Source: Eubacteriales bacterium
GTDB lineage: Bacteria; Bacillota; Clostridia; Oscillospirales; CAG-272
DNA length: 64,000 bases
Direction of reading: 5' to 3'
Assembly: GCA_045544955.1 (NCBI GenBank)
Contig: JAZPZY010000046.1
Coordinates: 128-64,127, forward strand
Position numbers and translations under genes: made by a program. This document shows positions 40,476 to 49,936 of the stretch, one piece after another (positions within the stretch are counted from its first letter, which is position 1; each line of letters opens with the position of its first letter). The notes below the pieces were generated by a model. It saw only the letters and a program-made list of their open reading frames with translations. It made no database searches and had not been told where the DNA came from.

Positions 40476-41666
40476 ATGGAAAACAAACTACAGCGTGCGG
40501 ATGCTGGCGGAAAACCTGCATATAATACCTATTATATGCGTGTGAGCGCTTGGTACCGGATCGGCAAATGGCTGTTGCTTCTGTTTTTTACCGTGTATCT
40601 GACTGTTATGATGCTTTCTCACAGAGAAAGTATTACCTACGAAAATCTCCTCTATTTGCTGCGTGATTTTAACGTAACCTCTAGCGTAGAGGGAGGCTTT
40701 TCCTCGATTTCCTATGATGAGCAGCCGAATATGACTTTTGCTTCGTACAAAGGAGAGTTGGTCGCAGCCGGCTCTACGGAGATCCTGTTTTTTGACGGTA
40801 AAGGCGGTGTGGTTCTTCGGGACAGTTCCGCCTGCGAAACGCCAGTGCTTGCATCCGGCGATAAGTACCTTCTTGTATACGACGAGGGGGGAACCACATT
40901 CGCTCTATATACGGCCGTCGCTTGTGTCATGCGTGGAGAAACGGATAGTTCCATACAAAGTGGTGCGATGAGTGATACCGGCGCCTTTGCAATAGCCACC
41001 CGCTCGCAGGATACCAAATATCTGGTTACGCTGTACAGTTCATCTTATCGGAAAATTGCCAGCTATTACCGGGATGCATACGTTACCGATATTACGCTTT
41101 CCTCGGACGGCGAGCGGCTGGCAATTCTTGAAATTGCCGACAGAAACGGTGTTCTTGACGGTGTGGTTACACTGTGCAGAAGCAATTCCTCCGAAACACA
41201 GGAAATCGTTCTTTCCAATCAGATCCCTCTTGCCGCTTCCTATCTCAAGGACGGCACGCTTTCCGTAGTGACAGACAGTGCGGTTCATTTTTATGACAGC
41301 AGCGGACAGGTGAAAAACGTCTTTACGTTTTCGTCTATGACGCTGTCATGGATGTCCTTTTCCGACACACGTGTTGCCGTTGTGTGTAACGAGGATATTC
41401 TCGGCACATCCAGCCGTGTGGCGGTGCTTGACAGTAACGGAAACGTCAGTGCAGATACGGTGCTTCACGAAAAGATCCATTCGGTTACTGCCTCGGACGG
41501 ACAGTACGCGGCCTATGTGCAGGGGCAGAATTCCATCCTGTATCTTGCACAAACGGGCGCGGAATCGCTCGCGGCATCCTGCGCCGGTAATCTTTTGCAT
41601 ATTTGTGAGATATCCGCACTTCCCGTGTTCTGTTTTCCTACCGTTGCACGGGCGGCTGACACATAA
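40476..41666 (+). CDS. Membrane-anchored beta-propeller-like protein (DUF5711-like)
   Basis: Single N-terminal TM followed by repetitive short beta-strand pattern; upstream of a CvpA-like gene. Confidence 0.6.
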   Translation: MENKLQRADAGGKPAYNTYYMRVSAWYRIGKWLLLLFFTVYLTVMMLSHRESITYENLLYLLRDFNVTSSVEGGFSSISYDEQPNMTFASYKGELVAAGSTEILFFDGKGGVVLRDSSACETPVLASGDKYLLVYDEGGTTFALYTAVACVMRGETDSSIQSGAMSDTGAFAIATRSQDTKYLVTLYSSSYRKIASYYRDAYVTDITLSSDGERLAILEIADRNGVLDGVVTLCRSNSSETQEIVLSNQIPLAASYLKDGTLSVVTDSAVHFYDSSGQVKNVFTFSSMTLSWMSFSDTRVAVVCNEDILGTSSRVAVLDSNGNVSADTVLHEKIHSVTASDGQYAAYVQGQNSILYLAQTGAESLAASCAGNLLHICEISALPVFCFPTVARAADT

Positions 41667-41692
41667 GAATTCTATTAGTGACGAGGTGCATT

Positions 41693-42418
41693 ATGAATTT
41701 CATCTTTGACGGTATTCTTCTGATTGTTTTCTTCACAGTCGTCATTACTGGTGCAAAACGAGGCTTTATCAAGTCGATCATGGGAATATGTACGCTTATT
41801 GCCGCATTGTTTGTTGCGTTTGCATTTACGCCTCCTGTGGCAAAATTTATTGAAGAAATCCCCGCGGTCCGTGAGATTTCCGAAGGAATAACGGAGACGA
41901 TTCAATCTCTGACTGAAACCGATACTCAAACCTACGATTTACAACGATTGTTTTCTGATATGCCGGATTCCTTCCGGCAGATTTTGGAGAGATACGGTGC
42001 GGACGAGTCCAAACTGGCTGCGGCACTGTCGCCGCAGCCGGAAGCGGACAGGAGCGACGTGGATACTCTCGCTTCGTTGATTGCCTCACCTGTGGTGAAC
42101 GCAATTTCCGGCGTTCTTGCTTTTTTGCTTTTGTTTGTTGTCACCGTGATCGCCTTGAAATTGATTACTTGGCTGCTTGATATGCTTTTCCAACTGCCGG
42201 TCCTGAAGACGGCCAATACGATGCTGGGTTTTGTGGTCGGCGTTATCAGTGCACTGGTCTGGCTATGGATATTGAGTGCACTTTCCGTAATATTTATTCG
42301 TGCGATGGCTTCCGTTTCGCCTGCCTACTTCAATGAAACTCTTATTGAAAACACAGTAATTTTGAAGTTTTTCGCCGATGACAATTTTGGCAATATTCTT
42401 CGCATGGTGATCGGCTGA
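41693..42418 (+). CDS. CvpA-family membrane protein
   Basis: D.IL......GAKRGFIKS; PVLKTAN.MLGF..G; 4 TM helices. Confidence 0.8.
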   Translation: MNFIFDGILLIVFFTVVITGAKRGFIKSIMGICTLIAALFVAFAFTPPVAKFIEEIPAVREISEGITETIQSLTETDTQTYDLQRLFSDMPDSFRQILERYGADESKLAAALSPQPEADRSDVDTLASLIASPVVNAISGVLAFLLLFVVTVIALKLITWLLDMLFQLPVLKTANTMLGFVVGVISALVWLWILSALSVIFIRAMASVSPAYFNETLIENTVILKFFADDNFGNILRMVIG

Positions 42419-42491
42419 CCGGAATCATGTGAAGTTTCACAGTTTAAAACACAGAAAGGGACCGCTTCCGGGCGGATGCAGGTTATAGAAT

Positions 42492-44813
42492 ATGGTACTT
42501 TGTTCCCGGTGCAAGAAAAGAATTGCCGTTGTATTTGTTGCTCATCTGGAAAACGGGCAGCAGAAACAGGACGGCCTCTGTATTCAATGTGCCAAAGAAC
42601 TGGGTATTGGCCCGGTTAACGATATAATCAAAAAAATGGGTTTGTCCGATGAAGATCTGGAACGGATGAACACCGAAATAGAAGGCATGCTGGAGGCTTC
42701 GGATGAAGAAACATCTGACAGTGATGAATCCGCCGACGAGGCAGGCGAAAGTGATGCTCCAGCAGAAAGCCGCGCACCTGCTATTGATTTCGGCAAAATG
42801 TTCGGCTCCATCCCCATGATGCCGCTCGGACATATGAAGCAGGATAAAAAGAACACAAAGAATAAGGATGCGGGTGAGAAAAAGAAAGAATATAAGTATC
42901 TCACCACCTACTGTCAGAATCTGACTGACCGTGCCAAAAACGGTCTTCTGGACTGCGTTGTGGGCCGGGAACGGGAACTTGACCGCGTGATCCAGATTCT
43001 TTGCCGCCGACAGAAAAACAATCCGTGCCTTATCGGTGAGCCCGGCGTGGGAAAAACAGCGATCGCAGAAGCTCTCGCACAAAAAATCGTTGCCGGTGAC
43101 GTTCCGTATCGCTTGAAAGACTGTCAGATCTGCCTTGTAGATATGACTGCACTTGTGGCCGGCACACAGTTCCGGGGACAGTTCGAATCCCGTATGCTCG
43201 GGCTTCTCGCTGACGTAAAAGCCGCCGGAAACGTAATTCTTGTTATTGATGAGGTACACAGCATCGTCGGAGCCGGTGATGCGGAGGGTAGTATGAACGC
43301 TGCCAATATTCTGAAACCCGCGCTCTCTCGTGGGGAGATTCAGGTGATCGGTGCGACGACGCTGACTGAATATCGCAAACACATTGAAAAAGACACCGCC
43401 CTTGAGCGTCGTTTTCAGCCGGTAACGGTAAACGAACCCAGCATGGCGGATACGGAAGACATCCTTGCCGGTATAAAGCATTACTACGAGGAGTATCACA
43501 GCATCCGTATTCCGGAATCCGTACTGCATGCGGCAGTAACTTTGAGTGAAAGGTATATCACGGACCGCTATCTGCCGGATAAGGCGATTGATCTTATTGA
43601 TGAGGCCGCCTCGCATATTTCTTTATCGTCGGACGCTTTGAACGAGAAGCGTGCACTGGCTGACCGTCGTCGGGCACTGGAAAAGGATCTGGAAGCTTTA
43701 GAAGCGAAGGTAGCGGAAGCCGAACCGGATGAAGAAACCTACAAAAAACTGGCAGACGGCAAGGTGGAGATGATTCGTCTGGAGGAGAGACACACCCTTC
43801 TTACAGATGAATGTGACAAAATCGAAATGCACGTCTCGGATCTGGCCGACGTAATCGAGATATGGACCGGCATTCCTGCGTCTACTATCACAGAAGATGA
43901 GTTCGATCGGCTGGCAAAACTGGAAGAGCGGCTTTCCGCACGTATCGTCGGACAGCCGGAGGCGGTTTCCGCCGTATCCCGAGCAATCCGCCGTAACCGC
44001 GCCGGAATTTCCTACAAACGCAAGCCCGTATCCTTTATTTTTGCCGGCCCTACCGGCGTCGGAAAAACCGAATTGGTAAAAGTGCTGGCAGAGGACCTGT
44101 TTTCTTCGCCTGAAACGCTCATTCGTCTTGATATGAGTGAGTTTATGGATAAGTTTTCAGTCTCCCGCATTATCGGCGCGCCGCCCGGATATGTTGGATA
44201 CGACGATGCCGGACAGCTGACGGAAAAGATCCGCCGCCGTCCGTATTCTGTCGTATTGTTTGACGAAATAGAAAAAGCACATCCGGACGTTATGAATATT
44301 CTGCTTCAGATACTGGATGACGGTCGTATTACGGACGCACACGGAAAAACGGTCAGTTTCGAAAACACAGTGATTGTCATGACCACCAATGCTGGCTCTG
44401 CCGCTCAATCTGCGCCAGCCGGCTTCTCCGACAATCCGAATGTACAAGCGAAAGAGCGTACAGAACGCGCGCTGGCAGAATTTCTGCGTCCTGAGTTTTT
44501 GAACAGAATTGACGAGATCATTACTTTCCGTTCCTTGGATAAACAGAATTTTGTTTCCATTGCCGCGCTTATGCTGTCAGAATGCGCTGTTGCTCTAAGC
44601 GAGAAAGGTATCCGACTGACGTGGACTGACGAGGCAGTGCAGTACATTGCAGAAAATTCATATTCTGTAAAGTACGGAGCTCGTAATATGCGCCGCTATA
44701 TCCAAACGGAGGTCGAAGATAGGATCGCGTCAGCCATTATTGCCGCCTATGGAAAAATAACAGCCGTAGACGTGGACGTATGTGACGGTATGCTGACCGT
44801 CCGCGGAATCTGA
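42492..44813 (+). CDS. Clp/Hsp100 ATPase with N-terminal C4 Zn finger (ClpE/ClpC-like)
   Basis: CSRC...CIQC N-terminus; GEPGVGKT and GPTGVGKT Walker A motifs; GAPPGYVGY; PAGF loop at the ClpP-docking position. Confidence 0.93.
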   Translation: MVLCSRCKKRIAVVFVAHLENGQQKQDGLCIQCAKELGIGPVNDIIKKMGLSDEDLERMNTEIEGMLEASDEETSDSDESADEAGESDAPAESRAPAIDFGKMFGSIPMMPLGHMKQDKKNTKNKDAGEKKKEYKYLTTYCQNLTDRAKNGLLDCVVGRERELDRVIQILCRRQKNNPCLIGEPGVGKTAIAEALAQKIVAGDVPYRLKDCQICLVDMTALVAGTQFRGQFESRMLGLLADVKAAGNVILVIDEVHSIVGAGDAEGSMNAANILKPALSRGEIQVIGATTLTEYRKHIEKDTALERRFQPVTVNEPSMADTEDILAGIKHYYEEYHSIRIPESVLHAAVTLSERYITDRYLPDKAIDLIDEAASHISLSSDALNEKRALADRRRALEKDLEALEAKVAEAEPDEETYKKLADGKVEMIRLEERHTLLTDECDKIEMHVSDLADVIEIWTGIPASTITEDEFDRLAKLEERLSARIVGQPEAVSAVSRAIRRNRAGISYKRKPVSFIFAGPTGVGKTELVKVLAEDLFSSPETLIRLDMSEFMDKFSVSRIIGAPPGYVGYDDAGQLTEKIRRRPYSVVLFDEIEKAHPDVMNILLQILDDGRITDAHGKTVSFENTVIVMTTNAGSAAQSAPAGFSDNPNVQAKERTERALAEFLRPEFLNRIDEIITFRSLDKQNFVSIAALMLSECAVALSEKGIRLTWTDEAVQYIAENSYSVKYGARNMRRYIQTEVEDRIASAIIAAYGKITAVDVDVCDGMLTVRGI

Positions 44814-44821
44814 TACGAACT

Positions 44822-47494
44822 ATGAAAGAAAAGAAAGCCAATCTTTGGCACGCCATGGAAACGGGGGACGTGCTGTCATCTCTCCGTACGGACGTCCACA
44901 GAGGATTATCTGGCAAACAGGCGTCTCTGCGCCGCAGACGATGCGGCGGTGACAACGCTATCTGGCGCGTTCACCGTGCTTCTACCGTCCACACGGCCTT
45001 TGGTGAGTTTCTGGATTTGTCTGCAATACTTCTTTTAATTACTTCAATTGTTTCGGCTATATTTGAGCGTACGACGGAAGCCCTTCTGCTGACTGGCATT
45101 CTTCTTGTGTCTGCTACCGTGCGCACCGTGATATTTCTGGCAGCGCAGCGTGTATTTGAAGATGCTGCCCGCGCAAATATTCCGCGCGCCTCTGTTATTC
45201 GGGACGGCAAGTCTCTTACTGTATCCGCCGACTCGGTAGTGCCTGGTGATATTTTATATATTACTGCAGGCGATCCTGTTCCGGCAGATGTACGCCTCTT
45301 GTTCGGCGAGGTGCTGGTTGCCGAATCTTTCGTAACAGAGAACAGCCGCCTGCAGAAAAAATCGGCATCCGGCGTCTGTCCTTCAGATGCTGCCTGCGAA
45401 GTACGCAGTAATATTCTATTTGCCGGCTCAACGGTGATCAGCGGTTCAGCGCGGGGCGTGGTTTTCGCCAGCGGGGAAGACACCTATATTTTTGCAAAGC
45501 ACGGGTATATCTCTGTCCCTGCAGGAGAAGATCTATCCGTTTTACACAAACTTTCCGGCTGGTGCCGCAATGTTTCGCTGATCATGATTGCGGCCATCCT
45601 TGTCATTTCGTTAGGCGGTTTATTTATTGGACGCGGTGAACTCACGCTGGATGTGCTCTTTTTATCGGCAGTTTCACTGGCAGTAGCATCTATGAGCGAG
45701 TTTCTTTGCGTAATTGCCGCGATTATTCTTTCCGTATCAGTACAGCGCCTTCGCACACGAAGCGGAGGTACGACGATTTTGCGCGCTGCTGATTCCATTG
45801 AATCGTTTGCAAAAGCAAAATTCGTAATCTTCTCTGACGCGAGCCTTCTGCAATCCGGCCACATCCAGTTACATTCAGCTTATATAAATGGGGCAGAGTT
45901 GACAACAGCGGAGGAACTTCGAGAAGAAGATACGCTTCGCGTTTTAACTTTGGCTCTGCTATGCCGGTTCGGATCCCTCCGTCCGCTTTCCGACGGAGCA
46001 GCCAATATCACACCAGACGTGTGTACGGAGGGCATCCGCAGGGTATACGAACAGTACCCTGAGGAGCAACGAAACCGCATTTCCGTTCCGAACGTAATTG
46101 CAGAAAATCACAGTGAAAATGTACACACAATTCTCACAAATGGTTCAGAGGGAACTATTGCATACGTGTCCGGTGAAATCGAGAGCATTTTGCCATTCTG
46201 TTCATTCGTGCAGACGAAAGACGGTGTGCATCCCTTGCGTGAGGCTGAACGCCGTGCGCTGACAGAGCGAGCGCGTTGGATGGACGGTCAGTCTATCCGC
46301 ACGGCGGCAGTGGCGGTACGTGTCTCTCTCTATGACAATTTGTCAAAAATCAACGTAGTACAGACAAAAATGATCTTCCTGGGGTATTGTGCTTTTGTTA
46401 ATCCGGTGGACGCCGATTTTGCGCTGATAATTTCACAATGCCGCATGAGTGACGTTCGGCTCATTGTGTTTTCAAAAGATGAAAAAGAACGGCTTTTGGT
46501 TACTAAAGCAGGTATCCTTGATGAAGATTCTCCCGTGCTGACTTCCGCCCAGGATGTAATTGCTTTTGCCGGTGATTTCCCGTCACGGCTCTCTTCTGAT
46601 GATATTTCACCCAAAGGCGCCTGCGTGCTTGCTTCCGATCGATCAGCACGTGCAGAATTCGTACGTGCGATTTCCAAGCAATGTCCGAATACCGTTTACG
46701 TCGGAGATACGATTCGTGATATTCCGCTGTTCAATCATGTCTCCGCCTCTGTTGCGGCAGAAAACACGTTTTTTTCGGCGCCGCAATGCCTGCTGAGTGC
46801 GGCAGACGTATCGGTGTCCAATAAGGAAACGCCGGGAACTTCCTGTGCAGCAAGCGTTTTTGAAATCATTTCTGCATGCAAAAGTGCTTTCCTTCATCTT
46901 CGAGATGCTACGGACTACCTTTTGACGGTGCAGGCTTTCCGAATGACGCTGATGTTTGCTGCCGCTTTTCTAGGTATGCCGCTGCATACACCCGGACAGA
47001 CTTTGTGGTGGGGACTGATTCTTGATTTTTCCGCTGTACTTACATTCGCCTTTGCCGGCACTTCTGATAACGCGATGTGCATACACGAAGCGCAATTATC
47101 GTTTCCCACGATACGCAAAGGAGTAGTTTTCCCTGTATCGCTTGGGGTTCTCAGCGGATTGATACTCAGCCTGGCAAATGCTTACATGATACGCGGCTAT
47201 ACAGAAGAAGCAGCTCTCTCTTTTTCCTATATAGGTGGGGTGGTTGTCTCTTTTCTTCTGCTACTGTCCGTCTTCATATCCAGGCGGATGCCCAGGAAAC
47301 GTTCTTTTCGAATGAACGCCGCTATGCTTGTGTACCTTATTCTTTTTGCACTTACAGTAGTATTTTCGTGGGAGTTAGTACATTGGCAGGGAATCGTTCT
47401 TTTGCTATTGATTTGCACGGTGCCGTCGCTGATTCGATTGCTTTACGTTCACCTTTTTTCAGAATCAGAATGGCGCCAATCTTTCAAAAAATGA
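44822..47494 (+). CDS. P-type ATPase (type IIA Ca2+-pump-like) with degenerate catalytic motifs
   Basis: VPGD..PAD actuator domain, NILFAGS.V..G.ARGVV, about 10 TM; DKTGT, TGES, KGA and GDGxND all altered. Confidence 0.8.
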   Translation: MKEKKANLWHAMETGDVLSSLRTDVHRGLSGKQASLRRRRCGGDNAIWRVHRASTVHTAFGEFLDLSAILLLITSIVSAIFERTTEALLLTGILLVSATVRTVIFLAAQRVFEDAARANIPRASVIRDGKSLTVSADSVVPGDILYITAGDPVPADVRLLFGEVLVAESFVTENSRLQKKSASGVCPSDAACEVRSNILFAGSTVISGSARGVVFASGEDTYIFAKHGYISVPAGEDLSVLHKLSGWCRNVSLIMIAAILVISLGGLFIGRGELTLDVLFLSAVSLAVASMSEFLCVIAAIILSVSVQRLRTRSGGTTILRAADSIESFAKAKFVIFSDASLLQSGHIQLHSAYINGAELTTAEELREEDTLRVLTLALLCRFGSLRPLSDGAANITPDVCTEGIRRVYEQYPEEQRNRISVPNVIAENHSENVHTILTNGSEGTIAYVSGEIESILPFCSFVQTKDGVHPLREAERRALTERARWMDGQSIRTAAVAVRVSLYDNLSKINVVQTKMIFLGYCAFVNPVDADFALIISQCRMSDVRLIVFSKDEKERLLVTKAGILDEDSPVLTSAQDVIAFAGDFPSRLSSDDISPKGACVLASDRSARAEFVRAISKQCPNTVYVGDTIRDIPLFNHVSASVAAENTFFSAPQCLLSAADVSVSNKETPGTSCAASVFEIISACKSAFLHLRDATDYLLTVQAFRMTLMFAAAFLGMPLHTPGQTLWWGLILDFSAVLTFAFAGTSDNAMCIHEAQLSFPTIRKGVVFPVSLGVLSGLILSLANAYMIRGYTEEAALSFSYIGGVVVSFLLLLSVFISRRMPRKRSFRMNAAMLVYLILFALTVVFSWELVHWQGIVLLLLICTVPSLIRLLYVHLFSESEWRQSFKK

Positions 47495-47586
47495 ACATTT
47501 TTATCATTTTTCTCACAGTTTGGTGAGAACTTGATGAAAAAACAATTGTTTATGTGATTTTCAGCATAAAATCTTTGACATAACTC

Positions 47587-47615
47587 TTGTAATTTCACAT
47601 GAAATGCGATATAAT
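47587..47615 (+). promoter_or_regulatory. SigmaA promoter of the mrp-hydrogenase locus, with palindrome in the spacer
   Basis: TTGTAA-17 bp-TATAAT; ATTTCA-CA-TGAAAT at 47592-47605. Confidence 0.65.
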
Positions 47616-47652
47616 TATAACGTATGAATTTTTATGAAAGTGAGATATCCAT

Positions 47653-48501
47653 ATGGTGGAAAAACAGGAAGAATGTACCCATGACTGTTCTACATGTTCT
47701 GCCAACTGTTCCTCACGGGGCAGTGCAGAAATTGAAAAGGATCCGCTGCATCCTCAGAGTACGGTTAAACACGTAATCGGTATCGTCAGCGGAAAAGGCG
47801 GCGTTGGTAAGTCCATCGTTACGTCTATGATGTCCGTTCTCATGCGTCGCCGTGATAACGGCGTTGCCATTTTGGACGCTGACATCACCGGCCCCTCTAT
47901 TCCGAAATCGTTTGGAACAAAGGGCGATGTTCTCAGCGACGGAAACGGCTTGATTCCGCTCACCACTACTACCGGTATTCAGATGATGTCAGTAAATCTT
48001 CTTCTGGAGGATGAAACGAGACCGGTCGTGTGGCGGGGCCCGGTAATTGCCGGCACCGTCAAGCAGTTCTGGACCGACGTGATTTGGACGGACGTGAATT
48101 ATATGTTTGTGGATATGCCTCCGGGAACCGGCGACGTACCGCTTACCGTTTTTCAGTCTCTGCCGCTCGACGGTATTATTATCGTAACCACGCCGCAGGA
48201 ACTGGTTTCCATGATCGTCAAGAAAGCCCTAAACATGGCGAAGCTAATGAACATTCCCGTTATCGGTCTCATTGAGAACATGTCTTACGTGAAATGCCCG
48301 GACTGCGGCAAGGAACTTCACGTGTTCGGTGAGAGCCGTGCGGAAGAGGTTTGTGCGGAATACGGTATTCCTCTGCTTGGTCGTGTACCGCTGGATCCCA
48401 AACTCTCCTCTCTCTGCGACAAGGGCATCATTGAACTGATGGAGAATGATTATCTTGACAAAGCTGCGGATGCAGTCAGTGCATTCTGCGAAAATAAATA
48501 A
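47653..48501 (+). CDS. Mrp/NBP35/ApbC Fe-S cluster carrier ATPase
   Basis: N-terminal CxxxCxxCxxxC, SGKGGVGKS, WRGP, DMPPGTGD, ENMS..CPDC. Confidence 0.93.
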   Translation: MVEKQEECTHDCSTCSANCSSRGSAEIEKDPLHPQSTVKHVIGIVSGKGGVGKSIVTSMMSVLMRRRDNGVAILDADITGPSIPKSFGTKGDVLSDGNGLIPLTTTTGIQMMSVNLLLEDETRPVVWRGPVIAGTVKQFWTDVIWTDVNYMFVDMPPGTGDVPLTVFQSLPLDGIIIVTTPQELVSMIVKKALNMAKLMNIPVIGLIENMSYVKCPDCGKELHVFGESRAEEVCAEYGIPLLGRVPLDPKLSSLCDKGIIELMENDYLDKAADAVSAFCENK

Positions 48502-48589
48502 GTGCATGAAGCCGCTTTGCGGCGTTACATATGCTACAGCAACCCCAGAAAAAATCTGTCTTATGACAATGTAGGAGGAAAAACAAGTC

Positions 48590-49087
48590 ATGAAAAAGAA
48601 ATTGACCTCTGTGCCGTTTTCCGGTACGCCGGAGCAGAAAAGTGCTCTGGATGCAGTAATCGCACAGCACAAGGATGAACCCGGTGCTCTTATGCCGGTT
48701 CTCCAGAAAGCACAGGATATTTACGGTTACCTGCCCGTAGAAGTTCAGCAGATGATCGCTGATGGTCTCGATGTACCCGTATCTGAGGTGTTCGGCGTTG
48801 CAACGTTCTACTCTCAGTTCCTTCTGAACCCCAAGGGACAGTATCCCGTTGCTATCTGCCTCGGTACTGCCTGCTACGTTAAGGGCGCCGGCAAACTGAT
48901 GGAAGAGATGGAATCTCTCCTCGGCATCGAAAACGGCGGTCTGACCCCCGATTTCAAGTTCAGCCTGGAAGCTACCCGCTGCATCGGTGCATGCGGTCTG
49001 GCTCCTGTTCTTACCATTGGTGAGGACGTATACGGACGTCTTACGCCCGATATGCTGAAAGGCATCCTGGCAAAATATCAGAACTGA
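48590..49087 (+). CDS. hydC: Bifurcating [FeFe]-hydrogenase NuoE-like 2Fe-2S subunit (HydC/HndA)
   Basis: VATFYSQF, CLGTAC, RCIGACGLAP. Confidence 0.92.
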   Translation: MKKKLTSVPFSGTPEQKSALDAVIAQHKDEPGALMPVLQKAQDIYGYLPVEVQQMIADGLDVPVSEVFGVATFYSQFLLNPKGQYPVAICLGTACYVKGAGKLMEEMESLLGIENGGLTPDFKFSLEATRCIGACGLAPVLTIGEDVYGRLTPDMLKGILAKYQN

Positions 49088-49135
49088 TTTTTCTCTCGCA
49101 TAACGAATTTATTCTTGCGAAAGGATGGGTTTCAT

Positions 49136-49495
49136 ATGAAAATCCGTGAAATTCAGCAGTTGCTGAACGCCACGCTTCTGTGCGGAGAAGAGAACCTCGA
49201 CCACGATGTGTTTTCTGCCTGCTGCAGCGATATGATGAGCGATGTTTTGGCTTATGTGAAGGATCAGGGCGTTTTGATTACTGGCCTTATCAATCCGCAG
49301 GTAATCCGGACTGCCAGCATGATGGACATGGTCTGCATCGTCTTCGTACGCAGCAAAGCTCCCACTGAAGAAATGATTGAGCTCGCCGATACGAGCGGGA
49401 TCGTACTGATGAAATCCGATATGCGTGCCTATGAGGCATGCGGACATCTCTACACCTCAGGCCTTCGCGGAAATGCGGGTAAAGGCCATGAGTGA
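49136..49495 (+). CDS. Stand-alone DRTGG-domain protein
   Basis: SDMMSDVLA, LITGL.N.QVIRTA. Confidence 0.85.
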   Translation: MKIREIQQLLNATLLCGEENLDHDVFSACCSDMMSDVLAYVKDQGVLITGLINPQVIRTASMMDMVCIVFVRSKAPTEEMIELADTSGIVLMKSDMRAYEACGHLYTSGLRGNAGKGHE

Positions 49496-49913
49496 GCCTC
49501 TGAACTTTCATTTTAACGTGGATGGAGAAGACTTTTCTTCTGCCGGTGAGGCATCCGTTGTCGTGAAAAAGAAGCTGAGACAGCTTGGTTTCTCTCCCGA
49601 TATCATACGCCGCGTTTCTATCGCGATGTACGAAGGCGAGATCAACATGGTTATTCATGCCGACGGCGGAGTTGCTGACGTAAGCGTTGACGATAACGAA
49701 ATCGTTATCGTGCTGAAGGATCGCGGTCCCGGCATCCCAGACGTGGCTCTTGCCATGCAGGAGGGGTACTCCACCGCATGTGATAATATCAGATCGCTCG
49801 GCTTTGGAGCCGGTATGGGACTTCCCAATATGAAGAAATATACCGACTTCATGCAAATCGATTCTGAAGTGGGCGTCGGTACAACGGTAACGATGAAAAT
49901 CAAACTGAACTGA
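49488..49913 (+). CDS. RsbT/RsbW-like Ser/Thr kinase (anti-sigma regulatory factor family)
   Basis: YEGEINMVIHA N-box, DRGPGI, GAGMGLPN. Confidence 0.88.
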   Translation: MSEPLNFHFNVDGEDFSSAGEASVVVKKKLRQLGFSPDIIRRVSIAMYEGEINMVIHADGGVADVSVDDNEIVIVLKDRGPGIPDVALAMQEGYSTACDNIRSLGFGAGMGLPNMKKYTDFMQIDSEVGVGTTVTMKIKLN

Positions 49914-49936
49914 CCCCGCCGACGAAAGGTTAGGGT

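Noticed and set aside
44822-47494. Calling the degenerate P-type ATPase a pseudogene
   Set aside because: No stop or frameshift over 890 codons, and structural motifs and TM segments are preserved; kept as a CDS.
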